This document shows, in pieces, positions 24,001-39,000 of a stretch of DNA of 64,000 bases. The stretch's first letter is position 1, and each line of letters begins with the position of its first letter. Made by a program: the position numbers and the translations under genes. The notes under the pieces were generated by a model. The model made no database searches. It was not told the DNA's origin and worked only from the letters and a program-made list of their open reading frames with translations. Source of the stretch: Tubulanus polymorphus (Eukaryota > Animalia > Nemertea); contig NC_134031.1 of assembly GCF_964204645.1 (NCBI RefSeq), positions 7,564,001 to 7,628,000 of the forward strand. The letters are read 5' to 3'.

Positions 24001-27000
24001 TGACAGTGACTAGCGTATCAATTTCGGAAAGAAAACCGTTAATTCTTTACATGATTATCACTTTCCGCATGATATGGGAACACTCATATAAAAACATCAT
24101 GATTATCCCCTTGTGGGACATAAATCTCGATGGAGATATAATAGGAACTGTAGAATTCCTTGAAATTCAAATAAATGTGACAAGGGTGACGAAAGATCGC
24201 TTGTAAATGGTGCAGATAGGTAGTAAACATCGTCATAAAATGCATACACGCTTGCCAAAGCTCCTACGTTGAGCGCATTTTGGCTGGTCATCTCGGCAAA
24301 TGCAAAAACCTGACTAGTAGTAGCAGATAAATTCCGTTCTACGATTCAAAATCTCACATATGGAAATTGCGCTCGATATCATGAAAATGTTGAAAATTTT
24401 TCAATTGCATTATATGTTTATATGCTTTATTTTAATAATAAATGCCACAGTGAGCTCTACCCAGCATAGTGTAAGGTAATTCCTTATCACAGTAGCATAA
24501 ATATCGAACCTAAATAAAAAAAACCTTTCACCTGTTACATATACTTCAATATTTGAGTGAAGAGATTTTTGAATGCACTGCTGAATGAATGAATGACCCA
24601 CAAACTTCCACCCTTTCCACTTCCGAACAATCCAGCCCTTCCCAATACATCGCAATAATATAACTAGGGGTCTAGGGATGCCATGTCCGCTTGGGATGTG
24701 TTTTCAAATGCTCAACAATCTAACAATTTCAGTATTCAACGCCCCCTGGTGACCATATTAAAAAACCAATGACCTTGAAACACACTGCAATCATAGCACA
24801 TGTCAGCAGCATCGATTTTGTAACTTATTGTGATAACAAAATGTGCCTCATTACCAATTTATCATGGAAATACTAAGCTATTCTACTATTCTTCACCCCT
24901 GGTGACCATATGCAAAACCAAATGACCTTAAAACTCACCACAATCATAGAACATGTCGTTAGCTACAATTTTCAATTGATCATGGTAACGAAATATGCCT
25001 AGATACCAATATAATAAGGAAATACTAAGTTATGCTACTATTCAACGCCCCCTGGTGTCATGAGCTACAACTTTGCAATTGATTGTGGTAACAAAATATG
25101 CATAGGTACAAATATAATATAAAAATATTAAATTATTGAATTATTCAACGCCCCCGAGGGGCCATATACAAAGAAACAATGACCTTGAAACTCACCGATT
25201 GAACACGTTATGAGCTACAACTTTCCAATTGATTGTGCTAACAAAATATGCTTAGGTACCGATATATTGTGGAAAAACTTTCTGCCTACGAATGAGTACT
25301 GATGACACCAAGATTGCCGCCAATTGGGTCATAATTGGCTGATCAAAAACACCTGTCTCAGCTATTGAAAATCCTTTTCCATAGAATAGCCACCACAAAT
25401 TTCAATCAAAAATGGCAAACCAGTAGGAAGCTACAGGACTCATAATTCGGGCCAAAATTGACATTTTTGGGCACAAAAAAGGTCAAAGGACGACCATCTT
25501 CGAGTCCGATCGATCCAATTTTTCTTATGCTGATGGATCCTTGGGGGATTAAAATATATACGAAAGATCATGGTAAGCGCTGATTTTGTCCCAAGTGGGC
25601 TAATAAGCAATTAACGACCAACGCATTCAAGTGCTCATCAACGCCATTCATGTTACAAAAAATAGGTCAAACAGAGGCCAATGCTCTGCTATTGTTGTTG
25701 TTGATGTTATGGTTGTTGTTGCGGTTGTTCAACCAGCGTTACACAATAATGACGTAGCAATTCAATGCCCTCAACTATAACTCGGCGAAGAGCCAAATCC
25801 AAATCACATGAAATAAATGTAGTATCAGTGCAGCAGGTGATATTTATCAAATAAAAATACATCAAGGGCATAAATGGAATCCTATACGCATAGTATAATA
25901 CTGCTCTGTTGCTCTTTGACGTTCGATACGGAAAATGAACAGTTTTACGCATATGTTCAGGATTTATTCCTGCACACTCAAACCCCGACACCGTCATAAT
26001 TTCTCAAGGGCCCCTCAAAATGCCAGTATGAAAAATTCCTGATTGACCCTTTGAATAATGAGGGGTCCAGGGACACCATGCCCTGCCCACTTGGCGAAAT
26101 ACTTGACAATCTGACAATTTCAATATCCAATGTCTCTGGTGGACATGTACAGAAACCAATGACCTGGAAAATCACCACAATCAAAGAAAATGTGATGAGG
26201 TACAAATTCAGTGTTTTCATTAATAGCCGGGTGTCGGGTCCCGGAGCCGTCTCTTGGTCCTTTTAGACCCGGCTGATTTTTTCAACCCGACACCATTCCT
26301 GAATGGCTTTTGTCAGCTATCAGCACGACTGTGTATTTTCTGGCCAGAAGCATTTGTGAATAGGCCTATATGCTTCACAGACGCGTCACTCAGACTACTG
26401 CCGTGTGGTTTGACGCTACTCACTATTGCTAGCTATGAGAAAAGCGCGCCTCAACGCGCATGGCCTAGTTAGTTTTCCAAGAAATTGGCAATGTTCCAAT
26501 CAGCTGTCAGCGAAGCTGGAAGTTCCACGCATGTTGGCTGTTACTGCAGGATTCCGTTTGTAGCGGGCCTTGCAATCATTGAATTATTGAAAGGGAAATT
26601 CAAGGCCTTGAATTCAGCAATGGTTTTCAAAATCGATTTAGGGACTTCAATTAAAAAAATGTTGCAAATGTATAGAGTTATGATTGTTTTTGTAATAATG
26701 GAAATCTTGGCAACAGTGTGACGATGTTTAATGCGAGATATATAAATTGTATTGATTTCTTTTCACTGTTGTACGGAAGGTGTCTATTTTGAATTATTTT
26801 GTCTATTTTCATTGGGGAAACCCATTACCACAAATATCCATGATAAATCATCATGCACTGAGTTGTGTGTGATATCGCAGAGATCGTGTCCATTGACGGA
26901 TTTTGATACAAATTTCTTGGTTCAAGGGGACACATGTTGGGCTTTTTAATCACTTGGAGCTCGGATCCCCTTTGAATTTATCATATCTAACTTTAAAACA

Positions 27001-30000
27001 AACTTTTTCCTGATATTTCCGTCTCGACTTATGATCTATTTATTATCATCTGAAAAAAAGTAAGATTTCTCCTCATTGGAATTCAATCCAATCCAGTTTT
27101 CAATCTTAATTTTTCTGCAGTCCATCAAAGATTTTACATGGAAAATACTCAAAGAAGGAAGCTATGGTCCCTTCCATTTTGATAGACCCGTGATCTTAGA
27201 AATCAATATATTCTATATAAGATTGTAAATTTTATTATCTCCTTCAACCATGCTTCTTTCAATTTTGCTGGTAAAATCAGTAGGCCTACTCCAACCAATT
27301 TGCTTACTTAGGTTTGAAAAAGTGTGTTGGATTGCTTTTATTTTTCCTATAGCCTCACAACTATGAACCCGTTTTGGCCATCAGTGTAAGTTGGTCGAGA
27401 CCCTGCTGTTTTACTAAATGACCTGACGGCTAAAATGATTAATGAAAACACTGAAATTTGTAATTGACTGTGGTTATTAAATATGCACGAGTACCCATCT
27501 AAATGGGACAAGCCACAGACTTCAACATTTCTTGGGCTCAGGCTCAAACGCGAACTTCGAAAATACCATGCATTACGTATTTCCCATAGCATTTTGGATA
27601 TGTTCTACCTAGGGCCATCAGCTTAATTTTGTCAAGACAACTTTTTGAATTTCGACACTGTTCCTCAATTATGAGGTCATTTTCAAGGTCATGTCACTGA
27701 AAACCAGAGCTTTTAGGGCGTAGTCCTGGCCACTAGGTGGTGCATATGGCGCATTCTTTGCACTGCACTACTAAACCTTCATACTAACATTGTAACCAAG
27801 TTTCATCAAGATCACCAAAGACCCAGGCTCAGGCTCAAAGTCTATCTCCAAAATTACCATGTGTCAGTTCCCTTTGCATTTTGGGTATGTTGTACAACAA
27901 TGGCTGCCAATCTGCCATCTTGATTCTAATCAGGCCAGTTTTTGGGCTGTAGATGCGTGTCTAGGCTATATACATGTATAAACCAAATATCAACAACTAT
28001 CCTTCGAAGAGTTCATTGAATCCCGCCTTGTATTTGCAGTCTTCAACTCAAAAACAATAGCCAAATAAACTGATTCAAATTTTCGCTTACAATGACGTTG
28101 ATACTGCTGTAGATATTCTGACTCGATAGTTTCCAGTTCAATCCGCTGTAACCTTTCAAAACGATCACAAGCGATTTACGCACGGCGACGGCGACGTTTT
28201 TCGATCGGATTCTTACGTCAACCGTGGTTGTGAACGCGCTGTCCGCCAACGGGTATGTCGACGCCCGGTGAACTTCAATTATGTGCACTTCTCTGCAAGA
28301 ACGAAGTAAAAAACGGATGATACAATCGAATATCCGGACAACAGTTAGTACGGTCATTAATAAGCTGAACCTATAAAATATCAGATTAAATTGAGGTAAA
28401 ATTACCACCAATAAGGGTGGCCACTTTTGTTTGACAAGTCCTTCCCTGAATATTCCCTGACATGTAAGTTATTTTCCCCAATTTTTAGCTTTTTTACTAA
28501 TAAGATTCCCTGACCTTTTTAATTGAAAGAAAATTCCCTGATTTTCCTTGATTTTCAGGTTAAGTGACCACCACCCTGAATTAATCACTGACTGATCTTT
28601 CGTAAAAAGATATGCACGACTAGCGACAAGTGGATATGCTACACCATCGAATGATCATTTCATAGTTGTCATGGGGATTGTGTAGATTGAGCATTCTATT
28701 ATTGGAAACTGGTCATGAAGCCATTGCTGAAGCGGTTATTAAAAGGTTTTAAGAAAGTGCCTTACTTATTTGTAAGTTGTAGAGTCTAGTCAATTGACAA
28801 TGCATAAGCGTAGGATTGCATTCAAAAATTGAGTTCAAAAATAATTTACCGAGACAATTTTCAGAATTGAAAAGGGATCATAGGGGTTTGAGGGAGGAAC
28901 TCTGAATTTTGGGGTAATTTACCCCTTGAATTTTGATTTTCTGAATTCTAGGGCATTTAAGTAAGCGTAGGAATCCTGTTGATTTTGTCATAATGCTAAT
29001 ATTCCTGAAGACTGAATGAATATTATCATATTAAGGAAATTTTTAGTGACGGGTGTGGGTTATGACAAGACATGGTTCATCATCGGTTAGTCTATAAGAC
29101 ATGAGCTTACGAGAGATTGCGAACAGTAGCTTCCTGCTCAAATTTCTAGCTAAGATCTAGATGAGATGGTCATTAGAAATACAATACAATTATAACTATG
29201 TTCATGATATCTACGGCCTTTTCTAAGAGTATAGCATGGACACTTTTCAGGAAAAAATGTAAGGCGAAGGATCCAAGAATCGGTGTCATAGATTAACCCA
29301 GAACATTTTCTGAGAGTCCAGAGTGAAAAAAAACGTACCTAGACCTATCGGGCGGAAATGCACATCCTTTCATCGGTTGCAGTTGAATCTTCGACACCTG
29401 AATGGCAGTGGATTTCGAGCTCTTCTCAAAGTCACATTCATTAGGTAGACGGTCATCTGAAAATAATGAATAATGATTATGCTTAAAAATAGAAATCCCA
29501 ATATCGTATAAATTGATAACACTGGAAAGCAGAGTAAGCATTTTGTCACATCGTCACATAATTAATGAAACCGATTACATGAAATGTTTGCTCTGGTATA
29601 AAAACAACCAATGAATGAAGTTTTATTAGAAAACCAATGAATGAAGTTGTCATTAAAAATTTCATAGACCTGATATAATTTAGAACTGATGGACAACAGC
29701 TTTAAGTCGTACTAAATCTTTTCAAAGTGGAATGTCTTGTAGATTTTGTAACTCACACTGATCCAATACTGACCAGATAAGGCTGATTTCAAAAAGTGTA
29801 CTTATCCATATTTATCCATTAGTTGTGTTTACAATAACATTTTACTAAGGCTGGTGACACTGTTATTTATATTAAATTGCCCATGGGCGAAGTGTGGTTT
29901 ACCTTGAAAGCTACAGGTTGTTTGGAGTAAGGGCGTTGCTTGAAAAATCTTTTTAATTCGTGACTTCTAAGTTCTACAAGCTTAAATTGTCTTTTATCTT

Positions 30001-33000
30001 TCTTAAAGAATTATTTTGTAGTCAAATAAGACCAAAGATATACATCTGTTTACAGTCCATGTCCAAAATTTCGTAGGGTACTGGTAGGCGCGGCAGGGAA
30101 ACTATTTTATATTTTCAAAAAAATATTTTTCACAATATGAAAAAATATTCAAATAAAATTCATATGTCATAGGGTGGCAGAATATCGAGTCTTGGAAAGC
30201 TCTTCCAATGAATGGCCGCGGAAGCTAAAATGCCGGTACAGTAAGAAATCGGTGTATTAGATAGTTTAATAGTTTGCCGCTCAGTATTTTCAGGTCACAA
30301 GAAATTACTATTAATTACAAATCCTATCAAACAGAAAACACAGCGCTCATCTTCTGCTACGATAATTCAGCCTATTTTCATGTCAGCCAGCGTCACCATA
30401 TAGTAGTGTACTGTACGAGCATGTGTGTGTTTGTGTGTGCAACAGTCTAATGATTAGCACTCCGCGCGCACATGGAGGCCTTGTGTAAGTGAATGTTCGC
30501 TTACACTTCAATTTCAATCAAAACAATCACCGGGTATTAAAATGAAACAATACCTACAGGGGATATGTGAAATAATTACATTTTACCAGCAATGTGCATT
30601 TGAAATTCGCACATATACGTCACCTAGTCCAATGAAACGTTCGCCACTCTATGGCTTTCCCATAATTAATATATAATTATTTTATAAGCGCCGGAATTCC
30701 CTATGTAACCCAAAAACAGCCAATCACATTCGCTCGAAGAGACGAACTCCCCCAATCGAGGTCATTGCAATCGCATGAGTTAAGAATTTTCCCCCAAAAA
30801 CAGTTCGTTCGCCATGTCTTCAATCGCATCGATTATAGGTCGTTTAAGCCGAGAACCAATGAAACAAATGGTCACATAAAAAGTTTACCGCGATTTTACA
30901 TGAATTGGCTCAATGCCAACTTCAAATCTCTGACAAAGGTAAACACAAAAAAGGAAATTGAAGATTTATTCATGCTTTGAAAAATAATTATACATAATAA
31001 TTGCCTGATATCATCAAGAATGAATAATATTATGTATCAAGGATCAATAAAGTTAATTTGAATTTGAATATTTCGACAACTAAATTGAATTGAATTGACT
31101 GGTAAACAGTCTAACAAGGCTAGCCCCCCAATATTGATGACGTACATCCACTCAAAATTCATTATCAAAGAGGCCATAAAAATTTACGCAGATTCAAGAA
31201 ATGTATTGTATAGCAAAATAAACGAACAATTCCTAAATGTTATTGTTATTCTGAAATGCCAATTTTAATGACATAGGCCTAGTGCACATCGACTAGCACA
31301 CCACCGGTTTCATAACACATAGTAATTATCAATGTATATAAACATTATTGTGATGGTTTTTACCCTGTCAAGAAGTGGACTACTGAAGATGTAGAGCATA
31401 GGTTAGATGTACCCTCATTATGCCAACACAGAAAAACAAGATATAGGCATATGATTTATCAGGCATAACAAGCAATAAGATATTTTCCATGACAATCATT
31501 CGATAAATCTCAGTGTGTTGTTATTGCAGAATAATTTTCCCAGTAGCTTAAGGGCTAGTTAACTGAGATAGGCACCATAATATAGAGCTTATATCAACAG
31601 AGCCATACCTCTAGGCATCATAGGCATAAAAAAACAGGGGGAACCCACGAAAATTTGGAATTTCAAGGGCATATCAGGCCATTCTGAGACACTTTATAAT
31701 GCTCACTTAGCAGTTGTGACTCAACCTGTGATGCCTGCAAATTATTATCATTTGAAAAAGGTTGGAAAATATCTGACGGTTTGATTGCAGCAAAAATCTT
31801 TAAGGTAAATAAACAGTTGACATACAAGCTTGTAACAACGATTTTCCAAGGGCAGGTCTAAACCTAGTTGTGTTTATACATATGAATAAGAAAAATAGGG
31901 CAAAGAGGCCATGTTCTTGAATCAACCCTTTTCTGAAATAAATTTTGTAATAACGAATATTTGAAAAGTAGGGCTTCACGAAAAGCTCAATTCGCGCAAC
32001 AAATAGTTGTATGGTTCAAATGAATGCCTGACATTCTACCACCCACATACACTTTTTGCATCATAAATTTTCTTCAGTAAGCAAACGCAATAAAAAGGTA
32101 TGTAAATAGAGAGCAGCAAATGACACTCTTTTTCACTGCTGAAAAAAGTTTCATACCGCCTACAGATCTTTCCCCCTCTAAGGTGAGCGGCAAAAAAGTG
32201 AATGCTAATACCCGGGAATTAAAAAAACACTTCAGACAAAAACAAGCAGCCTGACAATATGATTAATTCAGAAGATAGCACAGATAGTGTCACAGCTAAA
32301 AATAGTATTATATTTTGAACTGGCTAGAAGGGCAACAGTTCCGGATACTCCACAGTCTTATTATTCAAGCGGTAGTTTATGTGATAAATCAGTGACAAAA
32401 GCATTATATCATTTACACACGAACCAAAACTGTTGAGCTTATTTCATTCTACTTTACTAGATATAAGAAACGTAATTTTCGAAGGATCTATTTTCAACAT
32501 CCTCAGCATTTCACTATTTCAATATCGTATAATATAGATACAGCTAGGGATACAGCTAGGGGCACACGAGCGTATTTTTTAGCCTGATCGCGACGATCGA
32601 ATTCAAAACGAATTTAGACCGAAATTCGGTCAGCAACCGCTACTTAGTATGAGAGTGTTAACAAATCACATTATATCAACAATGCATCCTATTGGTTGAT
32701 AAAAATGGATCGGTCAGTGGAACTGCCAGCGGACAAGCGAGTTTGCAGGCGATCTGAAGGCTGGCATAAATAATCGGCCAAAAATATCAAAGATGTTTAA
32801 TCGCCGGGCGATTGAGACGGCCGACGAAATCGCCCTCACCGGGAACAGCAGATTTTTCTGGTGATTTATACATTTGCTGCGTTCGGCCGAAAAATATGCT
32901 TGTGTGCCCCTAGCTAACTGCAGTGCCACTATAAAAACAGAAAGGCGAGGTCAAAGAACTGATTTCTCAAACTACTGTTACTAGAAATCGACGACTAATC

Positions 33001-36000
33001 GTGGTTTTCGTAATGAAATATGCCAAGGTCATATCTATGTTTTCAGACCAGCTTTTCGTAGCCTTTTGAGGGAGGATATACAATGTATCTTCACATCATC
33101 ACTAAAATACTTAATCCATAATCTCGAACATAAAGTTCTTCACACCGTTGCTCACCAAGGTTCCCTGTACCTCGTTTTGCAGAGTGCATTTTTTGCGGTA
33201 GGCCCACAAATAACTCGATGAAGTTACACAATAGGATTTGGAGGAGCTCTTCAGACAAAATCTAGATTAACCCATTAGTACTCAGGAATTTCACTAAGTA
33301 GTGCCGATTGCTCCTTAGAAAATTCAAGGGAAAATCCAAGTACAATACGATACCAATTAGCTCATTTGCTGTTTATTTCCATGCATTAGAAGTTTGAGTC
33401 ATTTTGTAGTAAAAAGTAATATGATATAAAATTTGATGAGGTGAGGCCACGTGTCCTGGCCCCTGAAATTCATCCAAACTTACTCGGATTTGAAGTGAGC
33501 GCTCATATCTGTTATGTTCATACTCCAAATACTCGAGAAATTAAAATAGGTGGATGTTGATTTCTGTACGGCATTTTGAGGACTTAGGTGTCTAGTTTAT
33601 CATAAGCAATTGGGTTCGAATCCCACTATAACTGTTTTTGTGCAGTATACGAAAAAAAGTGTCAGGCGGTTTCAGGCGACTTTAGGAGTAATAGGCACGG
33701 TGCATACAGCTGGCTTGAGTGCTTATGGGTTAACCACCAGTCACCGATCTTGGTCGATGCGACCATCGTAATGAACAAAAGGTGCACACTACATACCCAT
33801 ATAAGTTTATATTGTTTGATTCCCAATAACGTTTGTGTTAAAAAACTCTCATTATTTATTTCTCATTAGAAAATGAGGTTTATATTGTCTCTATGGATAA
33901 TTGGTTACCTGAACTCTTTACCTATGATCAACCGGTGAAACGCTTGGTTTTCTGCATTAAACTGAAAATGGTATCCCTGATCTGTAATTTCTCTAGGCCA
34001 TGAAAATGTGTTACTGAAAAATCATTCATTCGATAAGGCTTTTTACAGTTTCCAAGCGCCATGTTTTGGGTACCCGCTGGGTCTGCATTGTTGAATTTTT
34101 TCTTCCTATTTTTTTCCACTTCAATCTTTTCATTACGTTCATATCACTGGACTGGATGAAGAGAGAAACGAAGTGAAAATTTTGATCAAACTAGAGGATA
34201 ATCACCTTTTATTATAATGAATTAAGATAATTGGAAATTGTAGAAAGCGTTTAACACTACATAGAAATTCCTGGTGATCCTGAAAATTTCGAAAAAAGTA
34301 ACTTAAAAAATCTGTTAGAATTATGAGCTATTGATTAAGATGTTCTATCTTCCTCCATTCCAGAGATATGAACAAACTAAAAAAATCAAATTGGAAAAAA
34401 ATGATGCAGAAAAAAATAAACGATGTGGACTGTAAAAAGGCTAATTGACAAGGTTTAAATCAATCAATCAATCAAATTTATTCTAGCAGGCTCTTTCACC
34501 TGGTGTTATTCCTAAAGGCTTTTTCGTTCTAAACCCGTTTCGTACATTAATAACATTGATTTATTTTTCAGTGAAAGCGACTGATAGCGATATGTTCCTG
34601 TATCAGTTATTCTGGTTTTTCAGCATGGAAAAACGCAATCCTACGGAAGAGCAATGCGGCCAACAACATTTTATTTTCAGTTTAAAAAGTCGACTTTTCG
34701 ACTTACTAAGTCGACTTTTCGTACGACCGCCGGCAGTCATGTGATAGTTGTTCGACCCAATATATTGCTGACCTAATTTCAATAAAGAGACGCATACTTA
34801 AGGCCCCATAGTAAAACGGGAGGGGGTTCATGCAGAAATCTCAAGGAGTATATGGCCCCTAAAGCCCTGTGACGTGCCAACCATCTGGAAAATTAAATTG
34901 AATATGTAACCATTTGTATTTGCCTATGAAGGGCTGAAAAATTACACTAGCTTGAAATTGAATGTAGGAATAAGGGAGAACACCCTTAATGCCCTTAGAC
35001 CTCCCTGTATCTTGTAATTCGATGAGGTATCCCTCAGTGTTCTATGAACCGGAATTAGGTCAGCGATCTCAATATACCAATATGAATAAGTATACTTCAT
35101 CAATTTTACAATGTCGCGATATTGATGTCGAGTTTTTGCGATATTGTCTCAATAAATTGCATTTTAAGGTTAACTCATGATAATTATGTCGATGGTACGG
35201 TCATGTCGAGATACAGTATATCGACATAAGTTTAAGTCGTGATCCGTATCACGATTTACCGTGATAAGTTTTTGCGATAAGACGACATTAACGCGATGTA
35301 TCAACTTAATTATGTCGATAAATCGCTATATATCTCGTTTTTCGACATAATTTCATCGTGATAAAGGCTCGCGACGGTTTTGTACGAGTCCCAAAAAGTG
35401 AGTCGAAAAGTCGACTTATTAAGTAGAAAAGTCGACTTTTTAAACTCACAAAGTCGACTTACTAACTCGAAAAGTGGACTTACTAACTCGAAAAGTTGAC
35501 TTAATAACTCGAAAAGTCGACTTACTAACTCGAAAAGTCGACTTTTTAAACTCGAAAAGTCGACTTACTAAGTCGAAAAGTCAACTTTATAAACTGAAAA
35601 TAAAATGTTGTTGGCCGCATTGCTCTTCCGTACAATCCTTAGTATAGCGTACGCGATATTCAAATGGACTGACACACTTTTTTTCGTAGCAAAACTTTCT
35701 TTCATGAAGTTGTTAAAACATGAAACCTTTCTTCAAAAACTTTCTTGAAAAAAAAATGCAACAAAAACATGCATTAAGCCGGTCAGTGGTCGACGAATCC
35801 TTATGATTGGTTTAAAAATTTTCACCCATTGAAACAGGGCAATCCATGAATAATTGAAAGTCTTGAGTCTTACTTTTCTTGGGTGTTGCAGTGTCATAAA
35901 AAATACAAGCGTGGTGATAGATATCTAATTACATGTACTGATCGCATATGAATGGCATCAAGAACACTACACACTTTTTCTACACTATTTTTAATGGTTT

Positions 36001-39000
36001 CTGTTAAGTGACCCTGATGATCGGGATATGCCTCGGTTTATTGAAATTTATCCAGTTTTTTCTTACTGGGGTAAAACATAATGTTTCATAAAACGTGGTG
36101 TTTCTTTGGGTGCGGCCACCGTTTTTTAAATTGGTCCATTGACAGGGTGGCTATTTTTCCACCAATTCATTTTGTATTTTTCCATGTTATAACATAAAAC
36201 CCCCTGAATAAATCCAAGGAATTTCTTGGTTTGCAATGTTATCATACATTCATTATTCATGAATCACTAATTGATAAAAAACACCTGGTCAATAGGTTAT
36301 CATAATTCCCTGATTTTTGCAAAATTTGTCAAATTCCCTGATTTTTTTTCGAGATTTTTCTGATTCCCCGAGTTTTTCAGGTTTTCTAGGTCAGTGGCCA
36401 CCATGATCGGGACCCCTTTTTCAAAATCGAGGATCCACCCCTGATTTGCTATTGCATAATACACATGTTGACTGTGTAGCTATTCAAACCATCACGTTCA
36501 GCAACCGAAACAAGTGTAGTCGGCCTCAAAGCAATGCAGAGTCATGGAAACGAGACAGCATAGCATTTTCTGCTTGAGTTTATGTCGCGCCGTGCGCGCG
36601 ATGGGCTTTGACCGGGATATTTACCTATGCCGACGCTCTGCACGATGCGGTTTATCTGCGAAACCTCGGCCAACGACGTGACGGCTCCGTATTTGTTCTT
36701 GATCCAATCGAAAAGCAATAGACTATTATTCGGCATTTCATCGCTTTTCAACACTTTCGTACGGATACGAGAATCCTTCAGCAAACGCGATCCCGGCGAC
36801 AGCTGAAACGATATAAATTTTAAATCCTATACTCGACATTGTCACCAGCGTTGACGATCACATTTTTTGCTATACCTAGACGACCTCATCTTGAAAAAAA
36901 AAATCAATGCCAATAAGTATTCATGTCAACTCAATCGAATTTCAATACTCACAGAACAGTAATCATATCAACACTAGTAGCTTTAAAATTAGAAATGCCC
37001 ATTAAGTCAGGGAAGCAAGCTTAAAAGATTTTTTCATAATTTGTAATCCACTTCATTTCCATAGCTGAGGGTGTGTTATGGTGGTAAAATTGATCATGAT
37101 TTAAAATATAGTTATGTACAGAGTAGATAGGGGTGGCTGGGTCAACTATAAGCTCAGCAGAAATTAGAAACAAGGTTTCAAAAAACAAAATTTTTTGAAA
37201 TCTTAGAAAAGGGATTGACCCTGATTGGTAGATTTCGTTTGACTTTTATCAATTTTTTAGCCTTACATGGTACATAGATGTATCTATCATATTTTGTTAC
37301 AATACCCCCTCTTTGATGAATTTTTTCAGAAGCTGACTACACCATATTATCATTACTACCAAAAGATTATTGAACAAGAAAATGCAATGCAATCACCTTA
37401 ACTACTAGCATAATACATTAGCAAATACGACTTCAAACTGTATAACTGCTGGCCGAGAGTGAAAGAATATTCTAAAATGTCAAACGAACGATATCTCATA
37501 TATGAATATTTACCAGGATAGACACACGTCACTTAATCTTATTAACCTAAATAAAGCTGGCAGTGAACGACCTAATGACCTTGAGTCAAAGAATAATGGG
37601 TGAACCACTAGAATGTGGAACGAGAGAGAAACATATGTGAAAATACTTTGATAAAATACATATTCCCACTCTTGGCATATTTTATACATGTACACGTTGC
37701 AGCCTTAGCTAATTATCTGAGCCTAGTTAAGCAGTTCTAACTCTCGAAGATAGGCTTTAGTAACAAGCAACAAGACTATCAATTCATAAGATTCGTCATT
37801 ATCACGGTCATTCGAACGATGAATAAGAACAGCATGAAAATATTAATTTGATCTACATAGTGAATGTTAGATGTTACGATTAAAATTCCCTTGGGAAAAA
37901 CGTTTCATATATGCGTGATTGTTCGGATGTTTATTGAAATATCCTGGGTCAATAGGACATACCAGTTCCTTACTGATTAATGAAAGACCTATTCTTACTA
38001 TTGAGCCGCCAATTTCATTAACAAAATCTATTATCTACTTCGCATGTATTTTTGACAATACACGAAGTATTCCGCGTAATTTTACAAATTCGCAATGCAC
38101 ATGTTGGCAAAATTTGAGTTTTAAAAATCAACAGAAATTGATCTAATATCAAAATCTATACTCTCCATAAATTAGTACGGATAAAGTGTTTGTATTGGGG
38201 ACAGTTTGAAAATATGTGAACACCTGCTGCGCGCACCGGGAAGTGGCAGCTGTTTATCTTTTTTATAAAAAGGCGGCAGCACTGGTTGTGTATTGACATC
38301 ATTACCAGCGATATAAAGGTCAATGCCATATCAACAACAACTACTGCCACTCTGCTTAACTCGTGCGGAGAAGAAACCTTCCACCGTGATAAACCTTCCA
38401 CAACACGTAGGCCTAATAATACATCATTAAAAGACGCAGTTTAAAAACTAACAAGTAAAAATGTATGAAATGACCACATCGAAAATATTCTGGTACAATT
38501 GATATATTTCACGAAATAGTAGATACATTTCTCTATATACGTACATTCATGTCAGTGAAATCAATTTCTATAGAAATGTTTTCTATAAAATTTATAGCAG
38601 TCCGTCCATCCATATGATATTTGGCCCCATATACTTAAGTTGTGACAGCTGGCAATAGAAATATTATCGACATAAGCCGGCCAAGTCAACTGGGATGTAA
38701 CTACACTGAGTACCTGTTGTATCTTACATCCTATTTTTGTCAAATATTCGAGGAGGTCGATTCCAAGTGTAGAACGAAATAAGGTTACTGTCGAGAATAA
38801 TGGCAATAAGGCAATTAATTGGATCCCACAACGTGTCTCAGTAGAATAGCATACTAACCAGATATTGTCATCGCTTATTTCTTGTGCCTCTCATCTAGAG
38901 TTTGACCATGAGGCCAGGGCATCCATATACGATCAAATGATGAAAGACATGACCTCACATCTTACCATGAGCCGCATGCAACATGTCCTCCGTCCTCATA

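Noticed and set aside
24103-24310. Additional receptor exon (VFAFAEMTSQNAL...)
   Set aside because: No similarity to the family, the flanking exons already join in phase, and no good donor is evident.
33570-33630. tRNA gene (GGTTCGAATCCC B box)
   Set aside because: No convincing cloverleaf or A box; lies inside a MITE.
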